Source: an uncultured bacterium
GTDB taxonomy: Bacteria; Patescibacteriota; Patescibacteriia; UBA1558; GWA2-36-10
Assembly (NCBI GenBank): GCA_903876815.1
Contig: CAIRBL010000080.1
Location: 1-56,428, forward strand
Reading direction: 5' to 3'
DNA: 56,428 bases
Below, in pieces: positions 8,348-16,970 of the stretch. The position numbers were made by a program, and so were the translations under genes. The notes under the pieces were generated by a model. The model worked only from the letters and a program-made list of their open reading frames with translations. It ran no database searches and was not told the DNA's origin. Position 1 is the first letter of the stretch. Each line of letters begins with the position of its first letter.

Positions 8348-8926
8348 TTATTTACGCCACAATTTGTGCCAACGACCAGTTTTGAACAACCACCATTTAT
8401 GATGTAAAAGAAAATCTAAATCCAAAAATTTATGTTGTTTACGATTAAAAAACCAGAGACACATCAACCAAAGTAAATAGACAAAAATTGCAAAAACTAA
8501 AAATCCAAAGCTTAAAATAAGCCATTGCCAAACACTACTGATTTTTGCCGTATTGATTGTTAAAGGAATTTTGATACCAGAAGCAGCTTTAAAACTATTT
8601 TGATGCAAAGCTTGGCTGATAACTGATAAATTTGTCTTTTGTACAGCTGACACTTGAGTAGAAAAATTAGCTGTCAGCTCAATCATCATGATTTCTTCTG
8701 GCAAAAGATTGAATTCACTAGGCTCAATTTTAATATTGTTGACCAAAGCATCAGCTTGCACTCGTACAAAAATAGGCTCGCTGGAAATATTGGTAATTTT
8801 TAATTTTTCTTGCTTATTTTGCGGATAATCTAGCTCTATTTTAGCTGGCTCCACTGCCAAACCAACCGCCCCAACATGTAGTGGTACCAAAAAAAGCAAA
8901 AATAGAAAAATAAATTTCACGCGCAT
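8348..8926 (-). CDS. secreted Ig/PapD-like beta-sandwich protein with C-terminal TM anchor and basic tail
   Basis: Signal peptide; LAVEPAKIELDYPQNKQEKLKITNISSEPIFVRVQ resembles the last domain of the upstream 586-aa protein; C-terminal TM helix plus a K/R/H/W-rich tail. 6-nt gap from the upstream gene. Confidence 0.55.
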   Translation of the reverse strand: MRVKFIFLFLLFLVPLHVGAVGLAVEPAKIELDYPQNKQEKLKITNISSEPIFVRVQADALVNNIKIEPSEFNLLPEEIMMIELTANFSTQVSAVQKTNLSVISQALHQNSFKAASGIKIPLTINTAKISSVWQWLILSFGFLVFAIFVYLLWLMCLWFFNRKQHKFLDLDFLLHHKWWLFKTGRWHKLWRK

Positions 8927-8932
8927 AAAAAA

Positions 8933-10693
8933 TTATTGTGCTTGTGCCCAAAAAATTAACTGACCAGTTTGGTTACCTGAGCTGGATAAATTGTTTGGCA
9001 AACTGAGCTTCACACTCACAGACTCAGAGCCAGCTACACCCAACTGCTCTTGCCAATTTTGCCAAATAATATTTTCTAAACTAGTGTGTTGCACAAAAAC
9101 ATCAGAACCTGAAATATTAGCTTCCAAATGAATGGCTACGTTACCTGTGTTATGAACTTGCAAAATATTTTCTCCAATTTGACCTGGTTGTAACTGACCA
9201 AAATTTAGACTAGCTTGACTGACAGAAAACGAAACTTGTTCTGGTGGGTTTTCTTCTCCATCATTGTCTATATTTACTGACAAATCTACACTCTGACTAA
9301 ACCCAGAACCAAGCGTAACGTAAACCTTGGGACTTCTAATATAATCATCATTTTGCACCACATAAACCGGATACACGCCATTATTAGCTAAATTTAAACT
9401 TAAACTGCCACTAGCGTCGGTATTTAAAACTTGATCACCGACTTGCACTGCCTGATTGCTTAAATTGTGCCAAGTACCATCATGATATTGGGCTTGCACA
9501 TTCAGAATATTTTCACTCAAAGTAGCTGTTAAACGACTAGGCAAAATATCAAAGGGACCATAAGCCCACAAAATTTCATCACCGTCAGCCACTGTCTGCA
9601 CATTAGCTGCCTGTGAGCCTGCTTGCCAATTTTGCCAATACTGCCAACCACTAACTCCTTGTCCACTAAAACCAGCAATCATGGAAACATAAGGCCCATA
9701 CTCTGTATCTTGGATTTGATAAGTAAAATTACACACACTCGCAGCACTAACCAAAACATCTAACACTGTTTGGCCACTCAAATTATCGGCTAAACAAATA
9801 GTATCAGTCGGGCCCTCAATTCTAATGCTGACCTGTGTATCGTTATTATTATTTTCTTCAGCAGGAATATCTATGTGATTGACGGGATAGCTTTTGTCTA
9901 AAATAGCAAGCAAGGCATAGGCTGTGACCATACCAGAGCCCTGTGTATCACTTGGGAGCCATAAAAATGAACCGTCTGCTTGTTGTAAACTGTTTAAAAA
10001 ACTTAAAGGTGTATTAGCGCCTTGAGACCAAGTATTAGCATCAATATCTAGCTTATTTAAAGCCGCTAGTACCCAAGCTGTTGAAGCGCCATCTGAGTCA
10101 CTAGCTGCATCATAAGCAAAACCACCATTTGTTTTTTGCGTAGTTTGTAGATAATTTAAAGCATTGATAATAGCTGTATTACTGCTAGCCACACCAGCCT
10201 CCTTGAGAGCCATAATAGCTGCCGCTGTATCATTACTGTCTGAAGTGCCACTTGTGGCCCAAGACCAACCACCATCAGTATTTTGATGACTTAAAATAAA
10301 ATCTTTCACGCTATTAAAGTCTCCGGCTTTATTTACTGAGCCTGCTGCCAACAAAGCCCAAAAATCATCATTTAATTGCGTATCAGAACCAAACTGACCA
10401 TTACTAATATGTCCGCTCAAAGTTGCAAACAAAGTACGCAAAGTCTCAAAATCCTGACTTTGTACAGAGCTCAAAGCTAATAAATATTTAGCCACTTTCA
10501 TAAGATCTTGCTCTTGAGGATTGACGTAGCTAGTTGATAAATTTTGCTGATTAGCTGCTGCTAAACTTTGTGTAATCCAAGGATTTTGCGTTTGCGCTTG
10601 CAAATACTGGATAGCACTAGCATTGTCGGCAAAAGATAAAAATGGCACTAACAACAAGGCATTGAGTAAAAATAAAGCAAGAATTTTTTTCAT
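8933..10693 (-). CDS. secreted transcobalamin-like protein: alpha/alpha-toroid (prenyltransferase/SQHop-type) repeats, DUF4430 (transcobalamin-like C-terminal) domain and two Ig-like domains
   Basis: Signal peptide. Repeats NTDGGWSW, TNGGFAY and ADGSFLW. DUF4430-like GVSGWQYWQNWQAGSQAANVQTVADGDEILWAYG (about 9568..9832). Lies directly behind a cobalamin riboswitch. Confidence 0.65.
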   Translation of the reverse strand: MKKILALFLLNALLLVPFLSFADNASAIQYLQAQTQNPWITQSLAAANQQNLSTSYVNPQEQDLMKVAKYLLALSSVQSQDFETLRTLFATLSGHISNGQFGSDTQLNDDFWALLAAGSVNKAGDFNSVKDFILSHQNTDGGWSWATSGTSDSNDTAAAIMALKEAGVASSNTAIINALNYLQTTQKTNGGFAYDAASDSDGASTAWVLAALNKLDIDANTWSQGANTPLSFLNSLQQADGSFLWLPSDTQGSGMVTAYALLAILDKSYPVNHIDIPAEENNNNDTQVSIRIEGPTDTICLADNLSGQTVLDVLVSAASVCNFTYQIQDTEYGPYVSMIAGFSGQGVSGWQYWQNWQAGSQAANVQTVADGDEILWAYGPFDILPSRLTATLSENILNVQAQYHDGTWHNLSNQAVQVGDQVLNTDASGSLSLNLANNGVYPVYVVQNDDYIRSPKVYVTLGSGFSQSVDLSVNIDNDGEENPPEQVSFSVSQASLNFGQLQPGQIGENILQVHNTGNVAIHLEANISGSDVFVQHTSLENIIWQNWQEQLGVAGSESVSVKLSLPNNLSSSGNQTGQLIFWAQAQ

Positions 10694-10738
10694 AGAATTA
10701 TTATTTTAAAATTTATATTCAAAATCAATCATTGGTAT

Positions 10739-10755
10739 CCCCGCCTTTGGCGGGG
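10739..10755 (-). other. GC-rich hairpin between the riboswitch terminator and the start codon
   Basis: CCCCGCC-TTT-GGCGGGG, a 7-bp G:C stem. No adjacent U-run on either strand. Confidence 0.4.
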
Positions 10756-10787
10756 TTCCGCTCAATTTTATAAAATTATTGAAGCGT

Positions 10788-10813
10788 AAAAAAATCTCCT
10801 GATTTCCAGGAGA
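10788..10813 (-). terminator. intrinsic terminator forming the riboswitch expression platform
   Basis: Minus strand reads UCUCCUG-GAAA-UCAGGAGA followed by U7. The upstream AGGAGA words (CCUAAGGAGAAAAGGAG) could pair with the 5' arm as an antiterminator. Confidence 0.75.
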
Positions 10814-10879
10814 CAACGAGTAAGTCTATTATCTTTTGACATGTGATGATAACAAGCTCACTCCTTTTCTCCTTAGGAA

Positions 10880-11000
10880 AAAGAATAAACAAACTTCAGG
10901 TATCTGACTTATCTCCGCCAATGGCAGAGCTTACAGTAGCTAGGACTGTGGAGGTTTTACACCTCGCTTCCCTGATTAAATTTTAAAGGTAACTTTCGCT
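10880..11000 (-). promoter_or_regulatory. cobalamin (B12) riboswitch aptamer
   Basis: Minus strand reads AAUCAGGGAAGCGAGGUGUAAAACCUCCACAGUCCUAGCUACUGUAAGC, then hairpin CUCUGCC-AUU-GGCGGAG, then the B12-box-like AAGUCAGAUACCUGAAG (10894..10910). This matches the GGGAA..GGUG.AA..CC..C.G.CC..GC.ACUGUAA core. Confidence 0.8.
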
Positions 11001-11005
11001 CTCAA

Positions 11006-11034
11006 ACTTTAGCACAAGATTTTAGCTTTGACAA
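11006..11034 (-). promoter_or_regulatory. sigma70-type promoter for the riboswitch transcript
   Basis: TTGTCA (11034..11029), 17-nt spacer ending in TGc, then TAAAGT (11011..11006). Confidence 0.45.
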
Positions 11035-11055
11035 GCAGTTATTTTACTTGGTTTT

Positions 11056-11517
11056 TTATAGTGATTTTTTCTTTAATAATCTATTTAGCTCGGTCTGAAA
11101 AGTCTGCGCGTCTTTAAATGACCGATAAACAGACGCATAGCGAATATAAGCAACTTGATCAAAGTTTTTCAACTTTTTCATGACAATATCACCTAAAACT
11201 TTTGAAGTAATTTCACCTTTAGACACTTTGGTGATTTCTCTCTCTATTTCTGAAACTAATTTTTGAAAATTTTCTTCTAAATAAGATCTTTTTTCTAAAG
11301 AAGTGCGCAAACCCCTCACTATTTTATCTCGATTATAAGTCTCTCTTCTACCATCACGCTTAATAACCACCAGATCCAAAATCTCTATCGCTTCTAGAGT
11401 AGAAAATCTCATTTTACACTTAAGGCACTCACGTCTGCGACGAATATTAAAACCCCCGCCACTTAAACGAGAGTCTATCACTTTTGTATCTTGATGATTA
11501 CAAGCTGGACAATGCAT
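11056..11517 (-). CDS. nrdR: transcriptional repressor NrdR
   Basis: MHCPACNHQDTKVIDSR...CLKCKMRFSTLE zinc ribbon plus an ATP-cone. Confidence 0.9.
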   Translation of the reverse strand: MHCPACNHQDTKVIDSRLSGGGFNIRRRRECLKCKMRFSTLEAIEILDLVVIKRDGRRETYNRDKIVRGLRTSLEKRSYLEENFQKLVSEIEREITKVSKGEITSKVLGDIVMKKLKNFDQVAYIRYASVYRSFKDAQTFQTELNRLLKKKSL

Positions 11518-11521
11518 AGCT

Positions 11522-12700
11522 TTATCTGTCTTGCATTTTTTTGCGTAAGAAAGCTGGAATTTCTAATTCCTCTTCCTCTTTGCTCTTTGTTACCTCGACT
11601 GGCTTTTCTTCAACTTCTTCTTTATTAAAAGCTTTTTTGATAGTTCTTTCTTCAGCTTTTTTTACATAAGTTTCTTGATAAGAAATATGACTTTGTGCAG
11701 GCACTGACATTCTTTCTTGCTGTTTGTCATTGTGCTGCTTAAAGCCAGTTGCAATCACTGTTACTTTTACTTCATCACCCAAAGATTCATCGATCACTGC
11801 ACCAAAAATAACTTTAGCTTCTGGATCACAAGCAGAAGTAATCACTTCGGCCGCTTCATTGACTTCAAACATCGATAAATCTGAACTGCCAGAAATGGTA
11901 AACAAGACTCCAGTAGCACCATTGATAGATAATTCCAGCAAAGGGCTATCTATAGCGGCTCGAGCTGCATCTTGAGCTCTATTTTCGCCAGTGGCTCTGC
12001 CTATACCCATCAAAGCTGAGCCTGCCTGCCTCATAATAGCTTTGACGTCGGCAAAGTCGACGTTGACCAAACCTGGTACAGTGATAAGCTCAGAAATGCC
12101 TTGAACTCCTTGTTTTAAAACTTCGTCAACAATCGCAAAGGCATCAAGGAGAGATGTTTTTTTATCAATAATTTGTAATAATCTGTCATTGGGGATGGTA
12201 ATAATAGTGTCTACTTTGTCGATCAATCTATCCAAACCACGCTCTGCTATATCTTTGCGCTGTAGACCTTCAAAAGTAAAAGGCTTAGTCACTACTGCCA
12301 CGGTCAAAGCACCAGCCTCTCTGGCAATGTCAGCAATAATAGGCGCTGCTCCTGTGCCAGTGCCTCCACCTAAACCACAAGTGATAAAAACCATATCTGC
12401 ACCAGCCAAAGTACCGGAAATGTCAGTTTCGTTTTCCTCAGCTGATTTGGAGCCCAAATCAGGATCCATGCCAGCACCCAAACCACGTGTCGTATTGCGA
12501 CCAATGTGAATCTTGTGTGGAGCAATAGAATGATGAAGCGCTTGAGCATCGGTATTCACAGCGATAAATTCTACTCCCTTAATTTTGGAAGTTACCATAC
12601 GATTCACAGCTGAACCGCCAGATCCGCCTACACCTACTACTTTAATATTTGCAAATGTTTCAATAGAAGGAATGACTTCTTCAATGTTTTTTCTGTTCAT
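11522..12700 (-). CDS. ftsZ: cell division GTPase FtsZ
   Basis: [13 protein letters not shown] tubulin signature and NTDAQAL; acidic and basic C-terminal tail. Confidence 0.95.
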   Translation of the reverse strand: MNRKNIEEVIPSIETFANIKVVGVGGSGGSAVNRMVTSKIKGVEFIAVNTDAQALHHSIAPHKIHIGRNTTRGLGAGMDPDLGSKSAEENETDISGTLAGADMVFITCGLGGGTGTGAAPIIADIAREAGALTVAVVTKPFTFEGLQRKDIAERGLDRLIDKVDTIITIPNDRLLQIIDKKTSLLDAFAIVDEVLKQGVQGISELITVPGLVNVDFADVKAIMRQAGSALMGIGRATGENRAQDAARAAIDSPLLELSINGATGVLFTISGSSDLSMFEVNEAAEVITSACDPEAKVIFGAVIDESLGDEVKVTVIATGFKQHNDKQQERMSVPAQSHISYQETYVKKAEERTIKKAFNKEEVEEKPVEVTKSKEEEELEIPAFLRKKMQDR

Positions 12701-12721
12701 TGATTTTGAAAAAATTAAAAA

Positions 12722-13966
12722 TTAAGGCCACAAAGATTTAAACCAACCTCTCATTTTTTCAGTGGTTTGTTTGACCGAGGAAAAATTAGAAAGAAAATTT
12801 TGATTGATACCAATATTTTTATTAGCCCAAATAACTAGCCCTAAGGCCGTGGTAAATTCTGGATCTTTAAGCTTATCAATAGGGAAAACGTGATTAACTG
12901 GCACTCCCAAAAATACTGGCAATTTAAAAACTTTTTTGGCTAAATCTACTACCAAGGGTAATTTTGCACCACCGCCAGTCAAAACCAAACCAGCTGGAAG
13001 CTTACCACTCTTATCTATTTTCTTCAATTCAGCATCTACCATCTTAAAGATTTCTTCCATCCTAGCTTCACAGATATCAGCAATATCTTTTTTGTAAACA
13101 TAAGTGCCTTTTTTCTCTACTTCGGAATACTTATGTAAATCTACTTCATCTCTCTTAGAAACTTCATCACTCAAGGCAAGTGCCTGATCTAATTTGACAA
13201 TCTCTGCTGTTTCTACTGAAGTTCTTAAGCCAATAGCTAAATCATTGGTCACATGACCTGCTCCTACTGGTAAAACTGCTGTATGCAAAATGTCGCCTTC
13301 TTCAAAAACAGCTAAGGCTGTAGTAGATTGGCCAATGTTGACAACAGCCACACCTAAATCTTTTTGTTTTTGAGTCAAAATAGCTTCAGAGGTAGCTAAA
13401 GTAGAAAAGACTAAGTCTTCAATATCAATACCAGTACGATAAATACACTTGGTTAAATTTTTGATCTGTGCTGAAAGACCCATGATAATCTGCGTTTCAA
13501 CTTCTAGTCTGACGCCAGACATACCGATCGGATCACGCAAATCTCTTTGGTCATCTAAATTATAATTCGTCGGCAACACATGTAAAATTTCATAGTTTGG
13601 TGGCGTAGCGATTGCTTGCGCTGCTTCCAAAGCTCTTTCAATATCACTTTGTTCTACTTGTTCATTAGCTTTAGCAACAGCTACCACGCCTTTGCTATTG
13701 AGAGTTTTGATGTGCACACCTGAGATACCAACTACAATTTTATCAATATTAAAACCAGTCATGCGTTCGCATTTTTCTACTGTTGCCGAAATAACAGAAA
13801 CAGCATCTTCTATAGAGCTAATACTGCCTCGATTTACACCTTCAGCTGGATTTTCAGCAGCGCCAATAATTTGCAAATCACCATTTTGATTCACCTGCCC
13901 CATGACAATGCGAATAGCGCTAGTGCCGATATCCAAGCCTGTAATAATTTCCTTACTTTTGACCAT
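12722..13966 (-). CDS. ftsA: cell division protein FtsA
   Basis: Actin-fold motifs GLDIGTSAIRIV and LTGGGAKLP. Immediately upstream of ftsZ. Confidence 0.9.
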   Translation of the reverse strand: MVKSKEIITGLDIGTSAIRIVMGQVNQNGDLQIIGAAENPAEGVNRGSISSIEDAVSVISATVEKCERMTGFNIDKIVVGISGVHIKTLNSKGVVAVAKANEQVEQSDIERALEAAQAIATPPNYEILHVLPTNYNLDDQRDLRDPIGMSGVRLEVETQIIMGLSAQIKNLTKCIYRTGIDIEDLVFSTLATSEAILTQKQKDLGVAVVNIGQSTTALAVFEEGDILHTAVLPVGAGHVTNDLAIGLRTSVETAEIVKLDQALALSDEVSKRDEVDLHKYSEVEKKGTYVYKKDIADICEARMEEIFKMVDAELKKIDKSGKLPAGLVLTGGGAKLPLVVDLAKKVFKLPVFLGVPVNHVFPIDKLKDPEFTTALGLVIWANKNIGINQNFLSNFSSVKQTTEKMRGWFKSLWP

Positions 13967-13981
13967 AACAAAACTTTGAGA

Positions 13982-14002
13982 CTTTTGAATTTAATTCAAA
14001 AG
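13982..14002 (-). promoter_or_regulatory. perfect 9-bp inverted repeat in the ftsA 5' UTR (operator or RNA hairpin)
   Basis: CTTTTGAAT-TTA-ATTCAAAAG, between the predicted -10 and the ftsA ATG. Confidence 0.35.
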
Positions 14003-14010
14003 ATAACATA

Positions 14011-14039
14011 ATTATAACTAAATTTTGCTTATTTGCCAA
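14011..14039 (-). promoter_or_regulatory. sigma70-type promoter of ftsA-ftsZ
   Basis: TTGGCA (14039..14034), 17 nt, TATAAT (14016..14011). Confidence 0.55.
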
Positions 14040-14077
14040 ATGCTCACTCTTCACTGGATAGTATAATCAATAAAATA

Positions 14078-14416
14078 CTAGAAAAAAATAAAAATACCCA
14101 CCAAAACAGCTAAAATTGCAGCCAACAAAACCATCGAAGCCAATAGATCTTTAATCTCTTTCGCAAAGTGATGTGTCTGCGGAGCCAACATATCCACTAA
14201 TCTTTCCACGCTAGCATTTACAATTTCTAAAATTAAAACTAAAGAAATGACTAATAATAAAATCAGCCATTCAAATCTAGAAATATTTTCCCACACCGCC
14301 AAGCTAACAGCACAAAAAGCAAAAAATACATGAATACGAAAATTCCTCTCACTCAAAAACATAACTCTTAAGCCAGCTCGAGCATGTTTTAAGCTACGTA
14401 AAAATTTAGTTGGCAT
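14078..14416 (-). CDS. dgkA: diacylglycerol/undecaprenol kinase (DgkA family)
   Basis: 112-aa, three-TM protein with NFRIH and EIVNASVERLVD motifs. Confidence 0.8.
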   Translation of the reverse strand: MPTKFLRSLKHARAGLRVMFLSERNFRIHVFFAFCAVSLAVWENISRFEWLILLLVISLVLILEIVNASVERLVDMLAPQTHHFAKEIKDLLASMVLLAAILAVLVGIFIFF

Positions 14417-14843
14417 AATTTTTTAGTAAAGCTAAAATTTTTTCTTGTTCTTTTTCTTGACGTAAATATTCTTGCTCACTTAATTCATGATCATAGCCTA
14501 ATAAATGTAAAATACCGTGCACCGTCAATAATTGTAATTCAGCCCTAAGACTTGTCTTGTGTTCTAAGGCTTGTTTTTTTGCCTTGGCTAAACAAATAAC
14601 TATTTCTCCCAAAATTTCTGCTGAGTCTATATTAAAAGACAAAACATCTGTCACTTTATTTTTATGACGATAAACTTTATTTAAATTTTTTATTTCTGTC
14701 TCTGAAACTAAGGCTATGGAAATATTTTTTTTGAGTCTAAATTTTTTTTGAATAATTTTTTCCAAATACAACAACCAAGTAAAGTTAGCTGTACTTGACC
14801 TTTTATTCAAAACTATCAAAGGCTCTGTTTTATGTTTATTCAT
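14406..14843 (-). CDS. ybeY: rRNA maturation endoribonuclease YbeY
   Basis: HGILHLLGYDH zinc motif. ATG at 14843 overlaps the stop of the upstream gene (track start 14855 is TTG). Confidence 0.9.
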   Translation of the reverse strand: MNKHKTEPLIVLNKRSSTANFTWLLYLEKIIQKKFRLKKNISIALVSETEIKNLNKVYRHKNKVTDVLSFNIDSAEILGEIVICLAKAKKQALEHKTSLRAELQLLTVHGILHLLGYDHELSEQEYLRQEKEQEKILALLKNYAN

Positions 14844-16116
14844 TGATAAATTCAAAACTATTTAGCATCATTTGAAAAATAGTATTAAAATAACGTTCAG
14901 CTTGATCATTGACATCATATCTGATAACTATTTTATGACTAGCAGTAACAGCCACTAACCATAAATCACCATCTATTTCTTGCTTTAGAGTCGGAATTTT
15001 GCTTTTACCCAAAGTCACTGTAGTAGTATTGTCTAATTTTGGATGTAGACCCGAATCATTAGCCCAAGCACTTAAGCTAGCGTTATCTGTATTATTTACC
15101 ATTATTAAACTAAAATTATCACCTAATTCCGTGTCCGTTGAAATAGCTACTGTGTGATTAACATCAGTCAAAATATCAGCTACCCAAGCAGATGGATACA
15201 AAAAGCGATATTTAAATTCATTATTAGTAAAAATAGTCACTATACCCGCATCAGACAAAGCTCCACTGGACACACTGGGGTTATAAAGATTCAAAACTTC
15301 TGTACCGTCTTGATAACCATCATTGTCTGTATCACTATCATTAATGTTGGTACCAAATAAACCCTCTTCTTCGCGAGTCAAATTGTCTTTATCAGCGTCA
15401 GTATTGTCATTTGCTGGTGGAGGTGGCGGAGCAACCGGATTATTGTTAGCATTATTATTATTTTCTGATTCTACTTCTGCCTGATAAACTGCCCAGCCTG
15501 CCTTAGTAAATTGGTAAGTGCCAACTTTATTTTTATCTACACTACCATCAAATTGCACGGTAAACTTGAAATTTGCACCACTGCTGATGGCTGCATAGAT
15601 ATAGGCCGAGCCATCTTTTTGTAAGGGCATATTAGTCAAATACTTTGGTTGCAAATCTCCCAAATACACCGGATATTTTTGCTCAAACTGAAAATATTTA
15701 TCCAAAGCTGTTTTAAAAACATTTATATCATCCAAAATTTTCTGATCATTTTTGGCTTCGATTTGTTCAGTATTATTTTCTGTGTTATTTTCTGTATTGT
15801 TCGCTGCTGGAATATTTGTAGTGGGACTCGTCACACTGCTACTAGCCCACCATAACATAGCAGCTATCACAAAACCCAAGAACAAAACAAAAACAATACT
15901 CACAAAAATAATTTTTTGTTTAGAGCTTAGTTGTTTTTTTGGTGATTGAGGTAAAAATTTAGCTGGCATGACATGCACACTATCTTCACTCAACTCCAAA
16001 GGCTTATCTTTTCCAATTTCTTGATTAACAATAGTGTTAATCTCATTTGACATTTTTTGTGTATCACGCTCAGCATTTATATCTTGAGCATTATTTTCTT
16101 TTTGATCTGAAAACAT
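14836..16116 (-). CDS. membrane-anchored surface protein with pseudopilin (GspG)-like domain, thrombospondin-type-3-like Ca-binding repeat and unknown C-terminal domain
   Basis: TM helix IIFVSIVFVLFLGFVIAAML; N-rich linker (NTENNTENNTE); ALDKYFQFEQKYPVYLGDLQPKYL resembles a T2SS-G fold; DSDTDNDGYQDGTEV. Confidence 0.55.
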   Translation of the reverse strand: MFSDQKENNAQDINAERDTQKMSNEINTIVNQEIGKDKPLELSEDSVHVMPAKFLPQSPKKQLSSKQKIIFVSIVFVLFLGFVIAAMLWWASSSVTSPTTNIPAANNTENNTENNTEQIEAKNDQKILDDINVFKTALDKYFQFEQKYPVYLGDLQPKYLTNMPLQKDGSAYIYAAISSGANFKFTVQFDGSVDKNKVGTYQFTKAGWAVYQAEVESENNNNANNNPVAPPPPPANDNTDADKDNLTREEEGLFGTNINDSDTDNDGYQDGTEVLNLYNPSVSSGALSDAGIVTIFTNNEFKYRFLYPSAWVADILTDVNHTVAISTDTELGDNFSLIMVNNTDNASLSAWANDSGLHPKLDNTTTVTLGKSKIPTLKQEIDGDLWLVAVTASHKIVIRYDVNDQAERYFNTIFQMMLNSFEFINE

Positions 16117-16122
16117 ACTTAA

Positions 16123-16941
16123 TTATTGCGTTATTAATTCTTTGTTAGGATCAATAGTTAACTCTCCTTCGCCTAAAGGATTATATCTATTTGCTACCTC
16201 TATACCATCTAGATAACCATCGTTATCAGTATCTGAATCCAAAATCTGTGTTTGCCAAATTGACACTTCTGCTTTATCAAATAAACCATCGTTATCAGTA
16301 TCAGGATTTAATGGGTCACTTAGATAAACCTTGACTTCCTCTTTATCAAATAAACCATCATCATCTGTATCTGGATTATTTGGGTCCGTACGCAACATGT
16401 CTTCTTGAGAATTTGATAAACCATCTTTATCATCATCATTAGCTAAAATATCAACGTTATTTTCTTCAGTCACTGGCTCGGTGTTTGTAGGATTATTCTC
16501 AGTATTTGTATTATTGACCAAAGAATTTTGCTCGTTAGCATTTACGTTGGTATTATTATCTGTGGAATTTGCAAAAAATACTGCGTAAGCCCCCCAAGAG
16601 ACTAAGGCCACCAAAATCACCCCCACAGATGCTATCATACCCTTTTTAAAAGTAGAATTTTTTGTATCATCACCCATCAAAAGCTGATTATTAGCAATGG
16701 TTTGCTCAGCGGACATTTTGGGTAAATTGACCTGTGGACTAGCTACTTGCATTTTACCGCTAGCCATAGCGCTCGGCTTAACCATAAAAGCATCACTAGT
16801 TTTGTTAGCTGTTGGATCTGTTTCTTGAAACATATCATCTACACCAACATTTTTTGGCGCTGGCGGTCCTGACATAGGTGGAGCAGTATTTAAAATTGGC
16901 TGAGAAATATTTTGATCCTCTTTTTTGATCTCATCAAACAT
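16123..16941 (-). CDS. membrane-anchored protein with four thrombospondin-type-3-like (DxDxDGxxDxxE) repeats
   Basis: TM helix GMIASVGVILVALVSWGAYAVFF; N/T-rich linker; NDDDKDGLSN, DTDDDGLFDKEE, DTDNDGLFDKAE and DTDNDGYLDGIE. Confidence 0.6.
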   Translation of the reverse strand: MFDEIKKEDQNISQPILNTAPPMSGPPAPKNVGVDDMFQETDPTANKTSDAFMVKPSAMASGKMQVASPQVNLPKMSAEQTIANNQLLMGDDTKNSTFKKGMIASVGVILVALVSWGAYAVFFANSTDNNTNVNANEQNSLVNNTNTENNPTNTEPVTEENNVDILANDDDKDGLSNSQEDMLRTDPNNPDTDDDGLFDKEEVKVYLSDPLNPDTDNDGLFDKAEVSIWQTQILDSDTDNDGYLDGIEVANRYNPLGEGELTIDPNKELITQ

Positions 16942-16970
16942 GTTGATTTTCGATTTAATTATACTAAAAA

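Noticed and set aside
15771-15806. Short tandem DNA repeats: a 12-nt unit encoding NTENNTENNTE, plus a 17-nt unit at 31242..31280 encoding SSTPEIASSTPELE.
   Set aside because: These are in-frame low-complexity linker repeats inside CDSs. They are not CRISPR, not a satellite, and not regulatory.
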